64,000 bases of DNA from an uncultured Methylomirabilota bacterium (GCA_963705305.1 OY970067.1:2592001-2656000); one strand, 5' to 3'. Counted from the first letter of the stretch, positions 27,812-39,324 are shown. The notes: a model not told the origin generated them from the sequence alone. Numbers and translations are program-made.

Positions 27812-29056
27812 ATGCGAATCTTCTACGGCTGGATCGTCGCAGGGGCGATCCTCACGGCGTGGGGCATCTCCGTGGGCCCGCGACAATCCTTCTCCATCTT
27901 CCTGCTGCCCCTCATGGAGGAGTTCGGGTCGAGCCGCAGCGCGGCCGCTGCGGCCTTCTCCGTCCACATGGCGTGTTACGCGCTGGGCGGGTGGGCGCTG
28001 GGCATCCTGGTGGACCGCTGGGGGCCGAAGCGCGTGATCGCCTGGTGCACGGGCTGCTGGGCGCTGGTGCTGTTCCTGTCCAGCCGGGCGCACAGCCTGT
28101 GGCAATTCTATCTGGTCTACGGGCTGCTGGGCGGCGTGACCACAAGCGGGGTCAGCTACGTGCCCAACAATTCCCTGCTTTCACGCTGGTTCGTGCGCTA
28201 CCGCGGGTTCGCCATCGGAATTGCCCAGGCGGGAATCCCGCTGGGGGCGGCGGTCTTCGGGCCGCTGGCCCAGCTCGGCATCACGGCCGTGGGTTGGCGG
28301 TCCACCAACGCCCTCTTCGGTCTGGTCGTGGCCGGGACCGCCCTTCCTTTGGTTCTGGGCATCCTGCGCGACACTCCCGAGGAGATGGGGCTCACGCCGG
28401 ACGGCATCCCGGTGGTCACGCCGGACTCCGCCGGGCACGCCACCCGGCGGCCGCCACCGGAGGGAGCGCCGTCGAGCGGCCTGCCGCGGGGATATTGGCC
28501 CATCTTCGGAGCCAACATCCTGCGCGGAATGGCCATGTACGCCCTGCTGGTGCACGAAGTGGCCTACCTGGTAGACGCCGGCTTCAGCCGGATGGCCGCC
28601 GCGTCCTACTTCTCCGCAAGCGCCCTGTTGGCCGTTCCCGGCGGCCTGGCTGCCGGAGCCATTTCCGACCGGTTGGGGCGCCTCAAGACCTATGCGGGAG
28701 TGGCCGGGCTCTATGTGGTCGCCTACGGGGCGCTCCTTCTCGTCCGCGCTCCCTCCCAGGTGGCGACCCTCCTTTTGTTCGTTGTCGCTGCCGGGCTGGC
28801 CTTGGGCGGGGCGACTCCCGTGTACGCGGCACTTCTCACCGACCGCTTGCAGGGCCCGCGACTGGGGTTCCTGCTGGGCCTGCAAAACATCGGCTTCGGG
28901 CTCGGCGCCACCGTGGGTCCGCTCCTGGGGGGCGTCATCTTCGATCTGCTGGGAAGCTACACCCTCGCCTTCCTCCTCATGGCCGCATGCATGGCGCTCT
29001 CCTCCTTGATCCTGTCGACGACGACGCATCGGGCCGCTCCGGTCTCTGTGGCCTGA
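27812..29056 (+). CDS. MFS transporter (OFA/MCT-like)
   Basis: 12 TM pattern; G..VDRWGPK and G.ISDRLGR motif A; SRWFVRYRG.A.G. Confidence 0.9.
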   Translation: MRIFYGWIVAGAILTAWGISVGPRQSFSIFLLPLMEEFGSSRSAAAAAFSVHMACYALGGWALGILVDRWGPKRVIAWCTGCWALVLFLSSRAHSLWQFYLVYGLLGGVTTSGVSYVPNNSLLSRWFVRYRGFAIGIAQAGIPLGAAVFGPLAQLGITAVGWRSTNALFGLVVAGTALPLVLGILRDTPEEMGLTPDGIPVVTPDSAGHATRRPPPEGAPSSGLPRGYWPIFGANILRGMAMYALLVHEVAYLVDAGFSRMAAASYFSASALLAVPGGLAAGAISDRLGRLKTYAGVAGLYVVAYGALLLVRAPSQVATLLLFVVAAGLALGGATPVYAALLTDRLQGPRLGFLLGLQNIGFGLGATVGPLLGGVIFDLLGSYTLAFLLMAACMALSSLILSTTTHRAAPVSVA

Positions 29057-29377
29057 GAAACCTGCCGGCCCGAAGGCCGGTGCAAGCGCCGCCCCCGCAA
29101 ATGTGCGGGGGGGTCCCCCTGTCTCGTCAACTGGGCCTGGGACCGGTACCGTCCGTCCGGGTCGGCAATTCCGCGCCTGGACGGCGCCGGCTGGCGGGAA
29201 CCGTTCACGGGGGAGCGGGGTGGACTCATTCCTCTGGTGGATCCCGGCTTGATCCCATATTCTCGTCAGGAGACCCGCGCCATGCAGCAGATGCGAGCCG
29301 AGGCGGCGCGGAAGCGGCCGCCTCGGTAGCCGGTCCGCCCGGGGCCGGCGTGAGGCGCACGGGAAGAGGAGGACGGC

Positions 29378-30184
29378 ATGTCGACGCAGCCGTTACGTGG
29401 GCAGAAAGCGCTGGTGACGGGGGCCAATTCCGGCATCGGGGAGGGCGTGGCGCTGGCTCTGGGCGCCGCCGGGGCGGCGGTCGCGGTCAATTACGTGACC
29501 GGCCCCGAGACGGCGCAGGCCGTGGTGGACGAGATCAAGGCGGGCGGCAGCGACGCCCTGGCGATCCGGGCCGATGTCTCCAAGGAGGACGAGGTTCAGG
29601 CCATGTTCCGGGAGATGATCGCGTCCTGGGGAACGATCGATATCCTGGTGAACAATGCCGGGCTCCAGCGCGACGCCCCGGTCACCCAGATGACCCTGGC
29701 CCAGTGGAACACGGTGCTGAGCGTCAACCTGACCGGGATGTTCCTGTGCACGCGGGAGGCTGCGCGCGAGATGATCCGCCGGGGCGTCCGGCCCGAGATC
29801 TCCCGGGCGGCGGGGAAGATCATCTGCATCTCGTCTGTTCACGAGATCATCCCCTGGGCCGGACACGCCAACTACGCTTCCTCCAAGGGCGGGGTGATGC
29901 TCTTGGTGAAGACGCTGGCACAGGAGCTGGCGCCCCAACGGATTCGGGTCAACGCCATCGCCCCGGGCGCCATCCAGACTCCCATCAACCGGGCCGCCTG
30001 GGAGACCCCGGAGGCGCTGCAGCAGCTCTTGCGGCTCATCCCCTCCGGCCGGATCGGCCAGCCGGAGGACATCGGGAAGGCGGCCGTGTGGCTGGCGTCG
30101 GACGAGTCGGACTACGTCCAGGGGCACAGCCTGGTGGTGGACGGCGGCATGACGCTCTATCCCGCGTTCGCGCACGGAGGCTAG
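29378..30184 (+). CDS. SDR-family glucose 1-dehydrogenase-like oxidoreductase
   Basis: TGANSGIG, NNAG, SSVHEIIPW, YASSKGG, PGAIQTPIN. Confidence 0.9.
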   Translation: MSTQPLRGQKALVTGANSGIGEGVALALGAAGAAVAVNYVTGPETAQAVVDEIKAGGSDALAIRADVSKEDEVQAMFREMIASWGTIDILVNNAGLQRDAPVTQMTLAQWNTVLSVNLTGMFLCTREAAREMIRRGVRPEISRAAGKIICISSVHEIIPWAGHANYASSKGGVMLLVKTLAQELAPQRIRVNAIAPGAIQTPINRAAWETPEALQQLLRLIPSGRIGQPEDIGKAAVWLASDESDYVQGHSLVVDGGMTLYPAFAHGG

Positions 30185-30190
30185 CAAAGT

Positions 30191-32851
30191 ATGGAGAGGC
30201 CGCTGACGGCGGAGGAGGAGCGGCTGGCCGCCGCCGAGGCGCGGACCGCCCACTGGCGGCGCTGGGGTCCCTACCTGGCGGAGCGCCAGTGGGGAACGGT
30301 CCGCGAGGACTACTCGGCGTATGGAGCGGCGTGGGAGTATTTCCCCCACGACCATGCCCGGTCGAGGGCCTACCGCTGGGGCGAGGACGGCCTGCTGGGG
30401 ATCTGCGACAACCACCAGCGGCTGTGTCTCGCCCTGGCCCTCTGGAACGAGCGGGATCCGATCCTGAAGGAGCGGCTCTTCGGCCTGACCGGCCCCCAGG
30501 GGAACCACGGCGAGGACGTCAAGGAGTACTACTTCTATCTGGACTCCACGCCGACCCACTCCTACCTGCGGGGGCTCTACAAGTTTCCTCAGGCCGCATT
30601 CCCCTACGACCGGCTGGTGGAGGAGAACGCCAGGCGCGGCCGGAGGGCGCCGGAATTCGAGCTGTTGGACACCGGGGTCTTCGACGGGGACCGCTACTTC
30701 GATGTCTTCGTCGAGTACGCCAAGGCCAACGTCAACGACCTGCTCATCCGGATCACGGTGTGGAACCGGGGGCCCGAGCCTGCGCCCCTTCATCTGCTGC
30801 CCACGCTGTGGTTCCGTAACACCTGGAGCTGGGATGCCGGCGCGCCGCGGCCCGCGCTCCGCCGTGAGGATTCCCCGGACGGACGGACGGCCATCCTGGC
30901 GGAGCACTCCAGCCTGGGACGTTTTCGTTTGGTCTGCGGAGGAACGCCGGAGCTTCTCTTCACCGAGAACGAGACGAATTTCGGCCGCCTGTTTCACCTC
31001 GAGGGCGGGCAGCCTTTCACCAAGGACGCCTTCCACGCCTACGTGGTGGAGGGACGCCGGGACGCCGTGAATCCGGCCCAGCAGGGGACCAAGGCCGCGG
31101 CCTATTATGCCCGCATGGTCGAGCCCGGCCACCCGGCCGAGTGGCGCCTGCGGTTGACCGGAGCCCTGCCAGCCGGAGATCCGCTGGGAGAAGGCTTCGA
31201 GCGCGTCTACGCCGACCGGCAGCGCGAGGCGGAGGAATTCTATGCCACCGTCGTCCCCCCGAATCTGGGCGACGACGCCAAGGCCGTCATGCGGCAGGCG
31301 TTGGCGGGCCTCCTCTGGTCGAAGCAGTGGTACCACTACGACGTCCAGCGCTGGCTCGAGGGCGACCCGACGCAGCCCCCCCCGCCGCCGGAGCGCCGCC
31401 GCGGGCGGAACGCGGAGTGGACGCACCTCTACAACGAGGACGTCCTCTCCATGCCCGACACGTGGGAATATCCCTGGTACGCCGCCTGGGATCTGGCCTT
31501 CCACGCCGTGGCGCTGGCCCTGATGGACCCCGATTTCGCCAAGGAGCAGCTGGTCCTGTTCCTGCGCGAGTGGTACATGCACCCCAATGGGCAGATCCCC
31601 GCCTATGAATGGGGGCTGGGGGACGTGAACCCCTGCGTGCATGCCTGGGCGGCATGGCGGGTCTACAAGATCGAGCGGCGCATCCGCGGCAGTGCCGACC
31701 GCCTGTTTCTGGAACGGGTCTTTCACAAGCTGCTCCTGAACTTCACCTGGTGGGTCAACCGCAAGGACCCCGAGGGACACAACGTCTTCCAGGGCGGCTT
31801 CCTGGGACTCGACAACATCGGGGTCTTCGATCGAAGCGCGCCCCTGCCCACCGGCGGCCACATCGACCAGTCCGACGGCACGGCCTGGATGGGCATGTTC
31901 TGCCTGAACATGCTGGCCATCGCCCTCGAGCTGGCCCGGAAGGATCCGGCCTATGAGGACGTGGCCTCCAAGTTCTTCGAGCACTTCGTGTACATCGCCC
32001 ACGCCATCAACCAGATGCGGATGGGGGGAGAAGAAATCCAGCTCTGGGATGAGGACGACGGCTTCTTCTACGATGTCCTCCACCTGCCCGACGGACGTCT
32101 CGAGCCGCTCAAGGTCCGCTCCATCGTGGGGCTCGCGCCGCTGTTTGCCGTCGAGACCGTCGAGCCGGACGTCAAGACCCACCTGCCGAAATTCCACCGG
32201 CGCATGATGTGGTTCATCCGCAATCGCCCGCTCTTGGTGGGCCACATCATCCCCCAGAAGCTGCCGGGCGGGGGGACGAGGCGGTTGCTCTCCCTGGTGA
32301 CGGGGGATCGTCTGCAGCGCGTCCTCGGCTACCTGCTGGACGAGGCCGAGTTCCTTTCCCCCCACGGAATCCGCGCCCTCTCCCGCTACCACCGGGACCA
32401 TCCCTATGTCTTCTCCGCCAACGGGAAGGAGTATCGGGTGGACTACGAGCCGGCGGAGTCCATCAGCGGGCTCTTCGGTGGAAATTCCAACTGGCGCGGC
32501 CCGGTCTGGTTTCCCGCGAACTTCCTGATGATCGAGTCGCTGCAGAAGTTCGGCCACTTCTACGGAGATCAATTCCGGGTCGAGTACCCCACCGGCTCGG
32601 GCACGCGCCTGCGCCTCTGGGATGTTGGCACCGAGCTGTCGCGCCGGCTGACGCGCCTGTTCCTGCGCGGCCCCGACGGACGGCGACCGGTCTACGGCGG
32701 AACGCACAAGTTCCAGACCGATCCTCACTGGCGGGACCTGATACTCTTCTACGAGTACTTCCACGGGGACAACGGCGCCGGAATCGGAGCCAGCCATCAG
32801 ACCGGTTGGACCGCCCTCGTGGCCAAGCTCCTCCAGCAGAGCGGCGAGTGA
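30191..32851 (+). CDS. GH63/MGH1-like glycoside hydrolase (glucosidase)
   Basis: [61 protein letters not shown]. Confidence 0.9.
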   Translation: MERPLTAEEERLAAAEARTAHWRRWGPYLAERQWGTVREDYSAYGAAWEYFPHDHARSRAYRWGEDGLLGICDNHQRLCLALALWNERDPILKERLFGLTGPQGNHGEDVKEYYFYLDSTPTHSYLRGLYKFPQAAFPYDRLVEENARRGRRAPEFELLDTGVFDGDRYFDVFVEYAKANVNDLLIRITVWNRGPEPAPLHLLPTLWFRNTWSWDAGAPRPALRREDSPDGRTAILAEHSSLGRFRLVCGGTPELLFTENETNFGRLFHLEGGQPFTKDAFHAYVVEGRRDAVNPAQQGTKAAAYYARMVEPGHPAEWRLRLTGALPAGDPLGEGFERVYADRQREAEEFYATVVPPNLGDDAKAVMRQALAGLLWSKQWYHYDVQRWLEGDPTQPPPPPERRRGRNAEWTHLYNEDVLSMPDTWEYPWYAAWDLAFHAVALALMDPDFAKEQLVLFLREWYMHPNGQIPAYEWGLGDVNPCVHAWAAWRVYKIERRIRGSADRLFLERVFHKLLLNFTWWVNRKDPEGHNVFQGGFLGLDNIGVFDRSAPLPTGGHIDQSDGTAWMGMFCLNMLAIALELARKDPAYEDVASKFFEHFVYIAHAINQMRMGGEEIQLWDEDDGFFYDVLHLPDGRLEPLKVRSIVGLAPLFAVETVEPDVKTHLPKFHRRMMWFIRNRPLLVGHIIPQKLPGGGTRRLLSLVTGDRLQRVLGYLLDEAEFLSPHGIRALSRYHRDHPYVFSANGKEYRVDYEPAESISGLFGGNSNWRGPVWFPANFLMIESLQKFGHFYGDQFRVEYPTGSGTRLRLWDVGTELSRRLTRLFLRGPDGRRPVYGGTHKFQTDPHWRDLILFYEYFHGDNGAGIGASHQTGWTALVAKLLQQSGE

Positions 32852-34917
32852 CGGCGAGGTGCCGGGTGATCCCGACGAACGAGGTCTCGCCGGATCCGAG
32901 ACCCGCGCTCGGCGTGTCCGCCCCCGTGGACTTCGGGCGGGAGATCTGCGGCATTCTCCCGGCGGCCGAGTCGCGCGAGTGGCTGTGCACCAACGGGCTG
33001 GGAGGCTTCGCCTCGGGAACGGTGGCGGGTCTCCTGACGCGGCGGTACCACGGCATCCTGACGGCCGCCCTCCGGCCGCCCCTGGGGCGGACCCTCCTAG
33101 TCGCCAAGGTGGAGGAGCAGGTACGGTACGCCGGCCTCGTCCAACCGCTGTCCAGTAACCGCTGGGCGGACGGCACGGTGGATCCGCACGGCTATCAGGC
33201 CATCGAAAGTTTTCGGCTGGAGGGCACCTGTCCCGTCTGGATCTACGCCTGTGGCGATGCGCTCCTGGAAAAGCGGATCTGGATGGAGCAGGGCGCCAAC
33301 ACAACCTACGTCCGGTATCGGCTACTGCGGGGCCGGGAGCCGGCCGAACTGGAGCTGAAGGTCCTGGTGAACTACCGCGAGTTCCACGGCGCCACACGGG
33401 GTGCCGGCTGGCGGATGGGCGTGGACCCGGTTCCGGGCGGCCTGCGGGTGCGGGCCTTCGAGCAGGCCCGGCCCCTGCTGCTTCTGGCCGAGCAGGCCGA
33501 TGTCCAGCCCGCCCACGAGTGGTATGTGGGGTTCGACCTGGCCGCCGAGCGGGCGCGGGGGTTGGAGGCGTGCGAGGACCATCTCCATGTCGGGACGTTC
33601 CGTGCGCGGCTCGCGCCGGACCGGCCGCTCACCCTGGTCTGCTCGGCCGAGGAGTCGGCTCCGGAGGCGGCGGAGGCCTGGGAGCGACACCAGCGGTACG
33701 AGGCGAGCCTCCTGGCCGCCTGGCGCATGGCCTCGCCGACGGCGCGGCAGGCGCCGGAGTGGGTCCGACAGTTGGTGCTGGCCGCTGATCAATTCGTGGT
33801 GGGCCGTCCCCTCCCCGAAGAGCCGCACGGGCTGTCCATTATCGCCGGCTATCCCTGGTTCGGCGACTGGGGCCGGGACACGATGATCAGCCTGCCCGGG
33901 CTCCTGCTCGCCACCGGCCGCGCCCCCGACGCCCGCCGGATCCTGACCACCTTCGCCCCTTTCGTGGACCAGGGGATGCTCCCCAATCGCTTCCCCGAGG
34001 CCGGCCAGCCTCCGGAGTACACCTCCGTCGATGCCGCGCTCTGGTATTTCCAGGCCATCCGGGCCTACTATCAGGCGACGGGTGACGACGCCCTCCTGGC
34101 AACGCTCCGGCCGGTGCTGGATGAGATCCTGCACCGGTATCTTGCCGGCACCCGCTACGGCATCGGCGTGGATTCCGCCGATGGGCTGCTCCGCGCCGGG
34201 GAGCCCGGCGTCCAGCTCACCTGGATGGACGCCAAGATCGGGGACTGGGTGGTGACCCCCCGGACCGGCAAGGCGGTGGAGATCAACGCCCTCTGGTATA
34301 ATGCGCTGCGGGTCATGGCGGCGTGTGACCGATGTCTCGGCCGCCCGGCGGAGGAGTGGGAGGGCGCGGCCGAGCGCGTGCGGGCCGGCTTCGAGCGGTT
34401 CTGGGACGAAGCCGGCGCGTTCTGCTACGATGTGATCGACGGGCCAGACGGGGTCGATGCCGCGCTGCGGCCGAATCAGATTCTGGCCGTTTCGCTCCCG
34501 GACAGCCCCCTGCCGCCGGACCGGCAGCGCCGGATCGTGGAGGCCTGTGCGAGCCACCTGCTGACGAGCTTCGGCCTCCGGAGCCTGGGCCCGACGCATC
34601 CGAGCTACCGCGGCCGGTACGCGGGCGGTCCGCGGGAGCGGGACAGCGCCTACCATCAGGGTCCTGCCTGGGGGTGGCTGCTGGGCCCGTTCGCGCTGGC
34701 CCACTTCAGGGTGTACAGGGATCCCGAGGCCGCCCTGGCTTTTCTGGCGCCGCTGACCCATCACCTCGCCGACTACGGCCTCGGGAGCGTCGCCGAGCTC
34801 TTCGACGGCGATCCTCCTTTCCTGCCGCGCGGGTGCGTCGCCCAGGCCTGGAGCGTCGGGGAGGCCCTCCGGGCCTGGACGGCGATTGCGGGCGAGCGGC
34901 GCGAAGGCGGGAGTTGA
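32848..34917 (+). CDS. Amylo-alpha-1,6-glucosidase (glycogen debranching, GH133-like)
   Basis: [56 protein letters not shown] overlap (alternative start 32866). Confidence 0.9.
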   Translation: MTARCRVIPTNEVSPDPRPALGVSAPVDFGREICGILPAAESREWLCTNGLGGFASGTVAGLLTRRYHGILTAALRPPLGRTLLVAKVEEQVRYAGLVQPLSSNRWADGTVDPHGYQAIESFRLEGTCPVWIYACGDALLEKRIWMEQGANTTYVRYRLLRGREPAELELKVLVNYREFHGATRGAGWRMGVDPVPGGLRVRAFEQARPLLLLAEQADVQPAHEWYVGFDLAAERARGLEACEDHLHVGTFRARLAPDRPLTLVCSAEESAPEAAEAWERHQRYEASLLAAWRMASPTARQAPEWVRQLVLAADQFVVGRPLPEEPHGLSIIAGYPWFGDWGRDTMISLPGLLLATGRAPDARRILTTFAPFVDQGMLPNRFPEAGQPPEYTSVDAALWYFQAIRAYYQATGDDALLATLRPVLDEILHRYLAGTRYGIGVDSADGLLRAGEPGVQLTWMDAKIGDWVVTPRTGKAVEINALWYNALRVMAACDRCLGRPAEEWEGAAERVRAGFERFWDEAGAFCYDVIDGPDGVDAALRPNQILAVSLPDSPLPPDRQRRIVEACASHLLTSFGLRSLGPTHPSYRGRYAGGPRERDSAYHQGPAWGWLLGPFALAHFRVYRDPEAALAFLAPLTHHLADYGLGSVAELFDGDPPFLPRGCVAQAWSVGEALRAWTAIAGERREGGS

Positions 34918-34961
34918 GGAGCGGCCGGGGGGGATGGGCCGGCCAGCAGAGGAACGAGACC

Positions 34962-35900
34962 ATGACAGTTCTGGGGATTGACGTTGGCGGAACCAAACTG
35001 GCGGCGGGTGTCGTGGATGCGGATGGGCGCGTCCTGGCTCGGGAGCAGACTCCCACCGAGGCAGGCAAGGGGCCGGCGCACGTGCTCGACCGGATCGTCC
35101 GGCTGGGCCGCGTTCTCCTGTCGCGCCGGGAGGTTCTCGCGTCCGATATCCGGCGCGTGGGCATCGGCTGCGCCGGACCGGTGGATCGCCGGGCCGGCCT
35201 GGTGTTCAACCCGCCGAACCTGCCGGGGTGGGTGCGGGTCCCTTTGGTCGACCATGTGGCGCGGGCCCTAGGCCTTTCCGCCGTTCTGGACAACGACGCC
35301 AATGCCGCCGCCCTGGGAGAGTCCCGGTACGGGGCGGGCCGCGGTGCGGAGAGCATGGTCTACATCACGGTGAGCACCGGGATCGGGGGCGGGGTCGTCC
35401 TCAACGGGCGGCTCTGGCATGGACTGGGGGACGGCGCCGGGGAGGTGGGGCACATGACGCTCGAGCCGGGCGGACCCCTCTGCGGCTGTGGGAACCGCGG
35501 GTGCCTGGAAGCCCTGGCCTCGGGGACAGCCATCGCCCGCCGGGCGCGCGCCCTGTTGGCGGCAGGCCGCCAGAGCCGGCTGCGCGACATGCCGGCCTTC
35601 ACCGCGGCCGAGGTGGTGGCGCTGGCCGCGGCAGGGGACGCCCTCGCGCGCGAGGTCTGGGAGGGGGCGGTCGGCTGGCTTGCCCTGGGGGTGGGTGCCC
35701 TCATCACGATCCTGGCCCCGGAGCGGATCATCATCGGGGGAGGGGTGGCCAAGGCGGGCACGCTGCTCTTCGAGCCCCTGCGGCGCCAGGTGCGCGAACG
35801 GGTCAAGCTCGTCCAGGCGGAGAAGGTGCAGATCCTTCCGACGGCCCTGGGGGATGACGTTGGCGTCCTGGGCGCCGCGGCGCTGGCCCTGCAGGAGTGA
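34962..35900 (+). CDS. ROK-family sugar kinase (glucokinase-like)
   Basis: GIDVGGTK, DNDANAAALGE, STGIGGG, GEVGH, CGCGNRGCLE. Confidence 0.92.
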   Translation: MTVLGIDVGGTKLAAGVVDADGRVLAREQTPTEAGKGPAHVLDRIVRLGRVLLSRREVLASDIRRVGIGCAGPVDRRAGLVFNPPNLPGWVRVPLVDHVARALGLSAVLDNDANAAALGESRYGAGRGAESMVYITVSTGIGGGVVLNGRLWHGLGDGAGEVGHMTLEPGGPLCGCGNRGCLEALASGTAIARRARALLAAGRQSRLRDMPAFTAAEVVALAAAGDALAREVWEGAVGWLALGVGALITILAPERIIIGGGVAKAGTLLFEPLRRQVRERVKLVQAEKVQILPTALGDDVGVLGAAALALQE

Positions 35901-36094
35901 ACCGCGCGATCCGCTCGAATCCGCCCGCCTCGACGGCGCCAGCCTCAGCCCTGCGGGACCTGTTCGCCCCCCGTTCCGAGCTCAGCTCTTCCATTGTGCG
36001 CTCCGTCGACGCGGCCTCCGACAGCTTTTCCGATTGCCATCGCCTGGATGGTCGGGCATACTACACCGGGAGGGTTGCTCTGCTCCGAACACGT

Positions 36095-37144
36095 ATGCGA
36101 AAGTCTCTGCACAATTCCAATGCTGGCTCACCGCCTGATCCCGATCGGACGCGACGCAGGCTCCTAGCGCTAGGGATCCTCAGCGCCGGCGTGGTGGGGC
36201 TGTCGCGGCGGGCGGGGGCCCAGTCCTTCGACTCCTCGCCGGTGGGACGGACGTTGCGCTCCGTCCGGATTTGGTGGGGGAACCTGAACCGCGAGCCCGA
36301 CCCGGGTGACTGGGAGGCCTGGGACTTCGGCCGGTTCGTATCCACCGACCGGCCCCAACCCCGGAGGTGGTCGAGCGGGGGCATCACCCTGACCTGGATC
36401 GGCCATTCCACCTTTCTGATCAACCTGGAGGGCACCACGATCCTGACCGATCCGGTCTTCAGCCAGTGGATCGGGGTCAGCCTGCCGGGCCTGCCCACAC
36501 TGGGCCTCCGGCGCTTCGTCCCCCCGGCCCTCCAGATCCGCGACCTTCCGCCGATCGACCTCATCCTCGTGTCACATGCCCACATGGACCACTACGACAT
36601 TCCGTCGTTGCGCCGACTCCCGCGAGATGTGCCCATCATCATGGCCCGCGATACGCGGGAGTTCATCGAGGGGCTGGGGTATCGTCACCTCCAGGAGCTG
36701 GACTGGGGGCAGACGGCAGAGGTGGGAGGCGTGCGCATCGAGGCGCTGCCGGTGAAGCACTGGGGGCGCCGCTATCCGTGGGATCGGGATCGGGGGTACA
36801 ACGGATTCCTCCTGACCAGGCACAAGCGCAGCATCCTCTTTGCCGGCGATACGGCGTATACCGAGCGGCTCCCTGCGGCGATTCGAGGGCGGCGGGTCGA
36901 CGTGGCCCTCTTGCCCATCGGCGGGTACGATCCGTATATCCACAGCCACGCCAGTCCCGAACAGGCTTGGGAGCTGTTCCACGCCGTGGGGGCCCGCTAC
37001 CTCGTCCCTATGCACTGGCGCACGTTCCGCCTCTCGCACGAGCGGCCGTTCGAGCCGCTCCAGCGCCTGGTCACGGCGGCAAACGGCACAGCGCCTCGAC
37101 TGGCCCTCCGCGACATCGGCGCCACCTGGCGCCTGCCGGCCTGA
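36095..37144 (+). CDS. Tat-exported MBL-fold metallohydrolase (NAPE-PLD/RomA-like)
   Basis: TRRRLL signal; WIGHSTF, TDPVFS, SHAHMDHYD, FAGDT, PIGGY, PMHW. Confidence 0.85.
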   Translation: MRKSLHNSNAGSPPDPDRTRRRLLALGILSAGVVGLSRRAGAQSFDSSPVGRTLRSVRIWWGNLNREPDPGDWEAWDFGRFVSTDRPQPRRWSSGGITLTWIGHSTFLINLEGTTILTDPVFSQWIGVSLPGLPTLGLRRFVPPALQIRDLPPIDLILVSHAHMDHYDIPSLRRLPRDVPIIMARDTREFIEGLGYRHLQELDWGQTAEVGGVRIEALPVKHWGRRYPWDRDRGYNGFLLTRHKRSILFAGDTAYTERLPAAIRGRRVDVALLPIGGYDPYIHSHASPEQAWELFHAVGARYLVPMHWRTFRLSHERPFEPLQRLVTAANGTAPRLALRDIGATWRLPA

Positions 37145-37207
37145 TCCTCCCGCCGCGGGTGTCCGGGAGGTGTCCCTCCCTCCGGTCCCTGTGAGTGCTG
37201 TTCCCCT

Positions 37208-37236
37208 TTGACAAACGCTGCGCGTGGCAATATAGT
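37208..37236 (+). promoter_or_regulatory. Near-consensus sigma70 promoter
   Basis: TTGACA (37208-37213), 17-bp spacer, TATAGT (37231-37236). Confidence 0.75.
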
Positions 37237-37502
37237 GCGCTAACTGCAGTGGGTCAGGCGCCTTCCGGGATCGCAGCAGACGGGAGGCGGGTTCCCTCCG
37301 GTCCTGACCGGGGGGTCGGATGAGCCAACGCCGCTTCTCCGCGGTGGCGGCCAGTACTCGATCAAAATTTTTTCGGAATTCGCCCTGAGGCGTGCGGGCG
37401 GACATCTTTGCACTCGGGGACATTCGGAAACCCTGCCGCCTGGGATCGCGTCCTGTCACCGCTCGGCGCCCCGGAGGAGGCGGGCGGGGCGAGGGAGGAG
37501 CC

Positions 37503-38090
37503 GTGAGCGATTACGTGTGTCGATTTTGCGGGCACGTCGTCCGCGGGCGGGCACGGCCTCCGGCCTATTGTCCGAAGTGCAATCTGACCTTCTTCGTCCA
37601 GCTCCACGCGAGCACGGAAGTAGGGGTGCCTCCGCCCCCCAGCCCGTCCCCGGCCGCTCCCCCGTCGCAGCCCGAGACCGCCGAGTCGGTGAGCCAGGAG
37701 CCGATGGATGACAGCCAGCTCAGGCGACTGCTCTCAAGTCCGACCGTCAAAGCCTCCCGCAAAGAGCGCCGCGCCGCCCGCCGCGTTCAGCCCTCCCCGC
37801 CCCTAGAGCTGCTGCTGCCCCGCCACGTGCCCATCCCGGTGCTGGATATCAGCACGATGGGCGTTCTCATCGAGCACGAAAGCGCCTTCCGATTCGGAGA
37901 AACCTTCGACGCCGAGTTTCGCCGGGCCGGTCGAAAGGTGTCGCTGCGCGCGGAGGTCGTTCGCAGCGCCGTCAGCCTCGTCAAGAGCAGCAGCGGCTCT
38001 GCGATCCGTTATCGCACCGCCTTCAAGTTTCTGGATCCACCCCTCCCCGTGCTGCTGGCCCTGCTCCCCGAGCTTCCCGGGAAAGACTAG
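37503..38090 (+). CDS. Zinc-ribbon + PilZ domain protein
   Basis: GGAGGAG RBS, GTG start; CRFC..CPKC; ERRAARR (RxxxR) and DISTMG (DxSxxG). Confidence 0.75.
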   Translation: MSDYVCRFCGHVVRGRARPPAYCPKCNLTFFVQLHASTEVGVPPPPSPSPAAPPSQPETAESVSQEPMDDSQLRRLLSSPTVKASRKERRAARRVQPSPPLELLLPRHVPIPVLDISTMGVLIEHESAFRFGETFDAEFRRAGRKVSLRAEVVRSAVSLVKSSSGSAIRYRTAFKFLDPPLPVLLALLPELPGKD

Positions 38091-38323
38091 GGCCCCGCCT
38101 CCCGGCAACCATGGACGAGCAGATTTCGCCGCTGGGGGCGGCCGGTCGCGTCGCCCCGCCGCGAGAGATCAGCCGCGCATCGCCGCGACCAGGAGTCCCG
38201 GTCCGACCGCGACGAGAGCCGAGGCGGTAACCCGCCGTTCTCCAAAGGGCTCGCCAAGCACGCGCCATCCCAGCTTGAGCGCTCGGAAATTTCGCTTGAC
38301 GTTGTCCTGGCACCTGCGATAAA

Positions 38324-38343
38324 AATGTCGACATTCGACAATA
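38324..38343. promoter_or_regulatory. Probable GntR operator
   Basis: Palindrome AATGTCGACATT (38324-38335) followed by a second TCGACA half-site, in an AT-rich patch after TTGACG (38296). Confidence 0.55.
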
Positions 38344-38371
38344 TGCTTTCGCCCGCCGGGCAGAGATCTCG

Positions 38372-39166
38372 ATGCCGCGCGATACGCGAAGCCGCATGCC
38401 TCCATTCCGAGCCCCGCTGCTTGACGGCGTCACCCCCGTGGCCTACCGGACCATCGCCGAGCAGGTGGCCCACCATATCCGCCGGGCCATTGCCGAGGGA
38501 AAGATCCGTCCCGGTGAGCGCCTGCTGGAGGTCGCCACGGCCCGTCAGATGAAAACGAGCCGGGCTCCGATCCGTGAGGCCCTGGCCCAACTGCAGCGGG
38601 AGGGGCTGGTGGTCAAGACGCCCAACCGGGGCGCTCGGGTCGTGGAGCTGACCGAAGACATGGTGCGGGGCGTGGCGAGCCTGCGGGGGGTGCTGGAAGG
38701 TTTCGCGGCCTACCTGGCTGTCGACCAGCTGGCCCCCGCGGATTACGCGGCGCTGCAGGCCATCGTGACCGAGATGGAGCGGGCGGCGCGCCGGGAGGCC
38801 TTCGCAGAGGTCATCGAGCTGGATTACGAGTTCCACGCCTTCATCTGCCGAGCCTCCGGGCATTCGATCCTTTACGATGTCTGGTCTGGAATGGACGGCA
38901 AGGTGCGCCTGTTCCTGTCGGCCACCAACCTCATGTACCGGGACATGAAGGCCATCGTGCGGGGCCACCAGGAGATCCTGGACGCGCTGCGCCGCCGGGA
39001 CAAGGCCCGAGCCAGCCGGGTGATGGGCGATCACCTGGGAGAGGTCGTCGGTCTCTTCTTGACCAAGGTGATTCAAGGGCGGCCCGCACGGCGGGCAAGC
39101 CGTTCCCCGTCGGCCCGGCACGTCCGGCGAGCCGGGAGCTTGGCGGCCAAGCGTCGCGGCCGCTGA
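38372..39166 (+). CDS. GntR (FCD) family transcriptional regulator
   Basis: IRPGERLLE..SRAPIREAL..L..EGLV wHTH; FCD with D..FH and H..I..A. Confidence 0.92.
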   Translation: MPRDTRSRMPPFRAPLLDGVTPVAYRTIAEQVAHHIRRAIAEGKIRPGERLLEVATARQMKTSRAPIREALAQLQREGLVVKTPNRGARVVELTEDMVRGVASLRGVLEGFAAYLAVDQLAPADYAALQAIVTEMERAARREAFAEVIELDYEFHAFICRASGHSILYDVWSGMDGKVRLFLSATNLMYRDMKAIVRGHQEILDALRRRDKARASRVMGDHLGEVVGLFLTKVIQGRPARRASRSPSARHVRRAGSLAAKRRGR

Positions 39167-39324
39167 CCCGCGGCTGGGGGATGGGGGCGGCGATGGGGGG
39201 GCGCAGTCTCGATGGGAAGGACAGCCAGCGCGACCGGGGTGGGGACCCGAAGGTCTCGCCGGTCGGATCGCGCAACATCGGCGTCGCATCCCGTGATGCC
39301 GCACAGACGAGAGGAGGGCAGGCG

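Noticed and set aside
29393..33397. 1334-aa minus-strand ORF
   Set aside because: Antisense shadow of the SDR/GH63/GH133 genes; high GC3 suppresses stops, and the protein has no recognisable motifs
37251..37280. SRP (4.5S) RNA resemblance from GGTCAGG...GCAGCAG
   Set aside because: It lacks the CCGGAAGG GNRA-capped helix between the CAGG and AGCA motifs
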